Part shown: positions 61,754 to 64,000 of the stretch, piece after piece | How positions within the stretch are numbered: position 1 is the first letter of the stretch | How the letters are laid out: every line of letters begins with the position of its first letter | NCBI GenBank assembly: GCA_022842885.1 | Contig: JALHOR010000015.1 | Coordinates: 2,219-66,218 of the forward strand | DNA from: Anaerolineae bacterium | Lineage (GTDB): Bacteria; Chloroflexota; Anaerolineae; Aggregatilineales; Phototrophicaceae | Reading direction: 5' to 3' | Length of the DNA: 64,000 nucleotides | The notes under the pieces: generated by a model | Database searches by the model: none | Seen by the model: only the letters and a program-made list of their open reading frames with translations | What the model was told of the DNA's origin: nothing | Translations under genes and position numbers: made by a program

Positions 61754-61787
61754 TTGACTCAGCACTTAGTCCTCAGCACTCAGCATT
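61754..61787 (+). repeat. TTGACTCAGCACTTAGTCCTCAGCACTCAGCATT element (copy 4)
   Basis: 33/34 identical to 10534-10567. Confidence 0.85.
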
Positions 61788-61823
61788 ATTTTCACAACCA
61801 TATACGATAAAAAGGCACAGGGT

Positions 61824-62474
61824 ATGACCGAATGTTGTCCGCATTGTCAGGGGGCTGACCGCTTTTTTGATACGAAATTGGTGCGCGGCGATTTAGACGC
61901 TTATCGGCGCGAAGGCGTTGGCGGCATGACCAAACGGTTGGTCACATTGTTAAAATCATTCGGTGTGGAGGGGTTGACCGTATTAGATATTGGCGGCGGC
62001 ATTGGTGCGATTCAGCATGAATTGATGGCAGCCGGTGCAGCCAGCACCGTAGATGTGGATGCATCGCGGGCATATTTGGCATTGGCGCAAGAGGAGGCAC
62101 AACGGCGCGGCTATGCCGATAAAGCCGCGTATCATTTTGGCGATTTCGTGGCGCTGGCAGATAACATTGCCCCGGCGGATATTGTGACGCTGGATAGCGC
62201 GATTTGCTGCTACCCCGATGTGCAGGCGTTGGTAACAGCCGCCGCCGCCAAAACAGGACGCTATTTAGGCTTGGTGTATCCACGCGATGTCTGGTGGACA
62301 CGCTATCTTGTCCAGCCTGTATTTAACCTGTACTTTCGGCTGCGGCGCAATCCGTTCCGATTTTTTGTGCATTCCAGCGACAAAGTAGAAGCCATTGTCG
62401 CTGCCAACGGCTTACAAAAACAGGCACAGCAGCAATCTGGTTTCTGGCAAGTGGTGGTCTACGTGCGGCAATGA
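61824..62474 (+). CDS. Class I SAM-dependent methyltransferase
   Basis: Motif I VLDIGGGIGAIQHEL with acidic VDVDAS after beta-2. N-terminal CCPHCQG. Confidence 0.75.
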   Translation: MTECCPHCQGADRFFDTKLVRGDLDAYRREGVGGMTKRLVTLLKSFGVEGLTVLDIGGGIGAIQHELMAAGAASTVDVDASRAYLALAQEEAQRRGYADKAAYHFGDFVALADNIAPADIVTLDSAICCYPDVQALVTAAAAKTGRYLGLVYPRDVWWTRYLVQPVFNLYFRLRRNPFRFFVHSSDKVEAIVAANGLQKQAQQQSGFWQVVVYVRQ

Positions 62475-62485
62475 TACGGGTGGCA

Positions 62486-63367
62486 TCAACCTTTCACCGC
62501 GCCTGCCGTTAAGCCTTTGGTCAGGAAACGCTCAAACCCAAAGAACAAGATAATAATCGGCACGGTAATAATGACCGACCCCGCCATCAAATAGGTGCGC
62601 GGGACTTCCTGCGTATTGAGTTGCGCCAACCCAAGCGGCAGCGTCCAACTTTGCGGGGCATCCGTCAGGAATAGTACGGCGAATAAAAATTCGTTCCACG
62701 CAATCATGAAGGTATACAATCCCACCGACGCCACCGCCGGAACAGACAATGGCAGCACAATCCGCCAAATCGTCTCTAAACGTCCACAGCCATCAATGAG
62801 TGCCGCTTCTTCCAATTCTGCCGGAATCGTCTGGAAATAACTTCGCAGCATATACAATGCCACAGGCAGCGTCCCCGACATATACAAGACCACAATGCCC
62901 GGCAAACTGCCACGTATCCCCAATTGGCTGTAAATCACAAATAATGGAATGCCAATCACAATTGCCGGGAACATATACACCAGCAAAATGCCCTGATTCA
63001 TGCGATTGCGCCCACGAAATTGCAAGCGCGTGACAGCATAAGCGCCGGGAATTGCCAGCAACAATGTCAAAATGACCGTAATCACCGAGACTAGGGCGCT
63101 ATTGATGATAAAAGTGCCAAACCGAAAATCTACCAAGACCGCCTGATAAGGCTTCCAGAAATTGATGAGTTGGTCGCCCGTCGGAATTAAGCGCGTGGGA
63201 TTTTGCAACACATCGGTAATATCACGCACGCTCAGGTTGAGCATCCAATAAAATGGGAAAACCGTAATCAACAAAAAGAAAATAATCAACACGATTTTTA
63301 AAACGCGCCCGATGACCAGTTCAATTTCTTCACGAGTCCAGATGCGGGCGGGGATAGTCTGCGCCAT
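62486..63367 (-). CDS. CUT1-type sugar ABC transporter permease (MalG-like)
   Basis: EAA loop ELEEAALIDGCGRLETIWRIVLPLSVPA. Confidence 0.85.
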   Translation of the reverse strand: MAQTIPARIWTREEIELVIGRVLKIVLIIFFLLITVFPFYWMLNLSVRDITDVLQNPTRLIPTGDQLINFWKPYQAVLVDFRFGTFIINSALVSVITVILTLLLAIPGAYAVTRLQFRGRNRMNQGILLVYMFPAIVIGIPLFVIYSQLGIRGSLPGIVVLYMSGTLPVALYMLRSYFQTIPAELEEAALIDGCGRLETIWRIVLPLSVPAVASVGLYTFMIAWNEFLFAVLFLTDAPQSWTLPLGLAQLNTQEVPRTYLMAGSVIITVPIIILFFGFERFLTKGLTAGAVKG

Positions 63368-63369
63368 GA

Positions 63370-64000
63370 TTAATTTTCCTCCACCATGAACCAGCGGAAA
63401 TAAATCAGCACCACCACAATCAAAACCGCCGCCAGAATCAGCGCGGTGGCAGAGGCAGCCCCCACATTGCGAGCGCCGAATAATTGGTCATAAACTTCAA
63501 TAGTGATGAGCTTCGTCCCGGCTGCGCCACCTGTCAGTAAATAGACATCATCAAATTTATTGAATGTCCAGATGAAGCGCAGCAAGAACAACGTGCCGAA
63601 CACCGCCCGTAACTGCGGCAGCGTCACATACCACAAGCGTTGGCTGGGGGCAGCGCCGTCCACTTTGGCGGCTTCATAAATATCATCGGGGATGGCTTGG
63701 ATGCGAGCGAGAATGAACAAAAATGCGAAAGGAAAATAGCGCCATGCTTGGAACAAAATCACAAATGTAAATGCCACGCCGGGCGTATTCAAAAAATCAG
63801 TGCGCCGCCCGCCGAGCGCATCAATCATTTCGTTGACTAAGCCAAACTGCGCGTTGAGCAGCAACTGCCAAATGAGCGCCACCGACACAATCGGCGCGAT
63901 GTAGGGGAACAGCATAAAGCCACGAACAATATTGCGCCCACGAAAACTATCTTTGACGACCAACGCCGCCAAAAATCCTAGCAAAATTGCCAGCAATGTG
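63370..64000 (-). CDS. CUT1-type sugar ABC transporter permease (MalF-like), 5' end outside the window
   Basis: EAA loop DIYEAAKVDGAAPSQRLWYVTLPQL. The reading frame stays open to the window edge, so the track's Met at 63996 is probably internal. Confidence 0.8.
   Translation of the reverse strand, partial: TLLAILLGFLAALVVKDSFRGRNIVRGFMLFPYIAPIVSVALIWQLLLNAQFGLVNEMIDALGGRRTDFLNTPGVAFTFVILFQAWRYFPFAFLFILARIQAIPDDIYEAAKVDGAAPSQRLWYVTLPQLRAVFGTLFLLRFIWTFNKFDDVYLLTGGAAGTKLITIEVYDQLFGARNVGAASATALILAAVLIVVVLIYFRWFMVEEN

Overview
64-kb chromosomal window, densely coding: 44 credible CDS plus one possible gene start at the left edge. I saw no rRNA, tRNA, CRISPR array, transposase or integrase. The style suggests a filamentous monoderm bacterium, plausibly Chloroflexota. 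That is a guess from gene content and repeat types (LPXTG giant surface protein, many Ser/Thr-signalling genes, sugar ABC loci lacking an ATPase gene, intergenic spacers packed with short structured repeats), not a database result.

Content, left to right:
(1) 205-6043 (+): a phospho-signalling cassette of zinc-ribbon/FHA protein, PknG-like kinase, vWA protein, double-zinc-ribbon protein and PP2C phosphatase.
(2) 6158-11761 (-): amidohydrolase, small ORF, a 4-TM protein with two ectodomains, an orphan PotD-like binding protein, and an M24 peptidase.
(3) 12048-13987 (-): a ROK regulator translationally coupled to an HTH-less LacI-type ligand-binding domain.
(4) 14180-25300 (-): a 3706-aa surface protein with an N-terminal lipobox and a C-terminal LPRTG sorting signal.
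(5) 25950-29183 (-): a 1077-aa all-in-one regulator (pseudo-REC, GAF, PAS, degenerate HK, REC, OmpR-type wHTH). It is flanked by AT-rich spacers that carry a recurring CCTT[AG]CAA motif.
(6) 30012-39992 (+): a Wzx/Wzy-type exopolysaccharide operon.
(7) 40117-53293: a LacI-controlled deoxy-sugar-type catabolic and ABC uptake locus with a divergent FucI-like isomerase.
(8) 53437-55004: a MerR/BmrR-like regulator with a textbook MerR promoter.
(9) 55312-61664 (+): PIG-L deacetylase, ABC importer and ceramidase-like hydrolase. A small-ORF + HNH endonuclease pair is wedged between the two permease genes of this operon.
(10) A methyltransferase, then the start of another ABC permease pair.

The most interesting hypotheses are the PknG/GarA-like cassette extended by vWA, Zn-ribbon and PP2C genes; its possible GlnH/GlnX-like sensor pair nearby; the degenerate fused two-component regulator with its motif array; the embedded HNH cassette; and the families of structured intergenic repeats. 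All domain calls were made by eye from motifs; none has been checked with an HMM or a database search.
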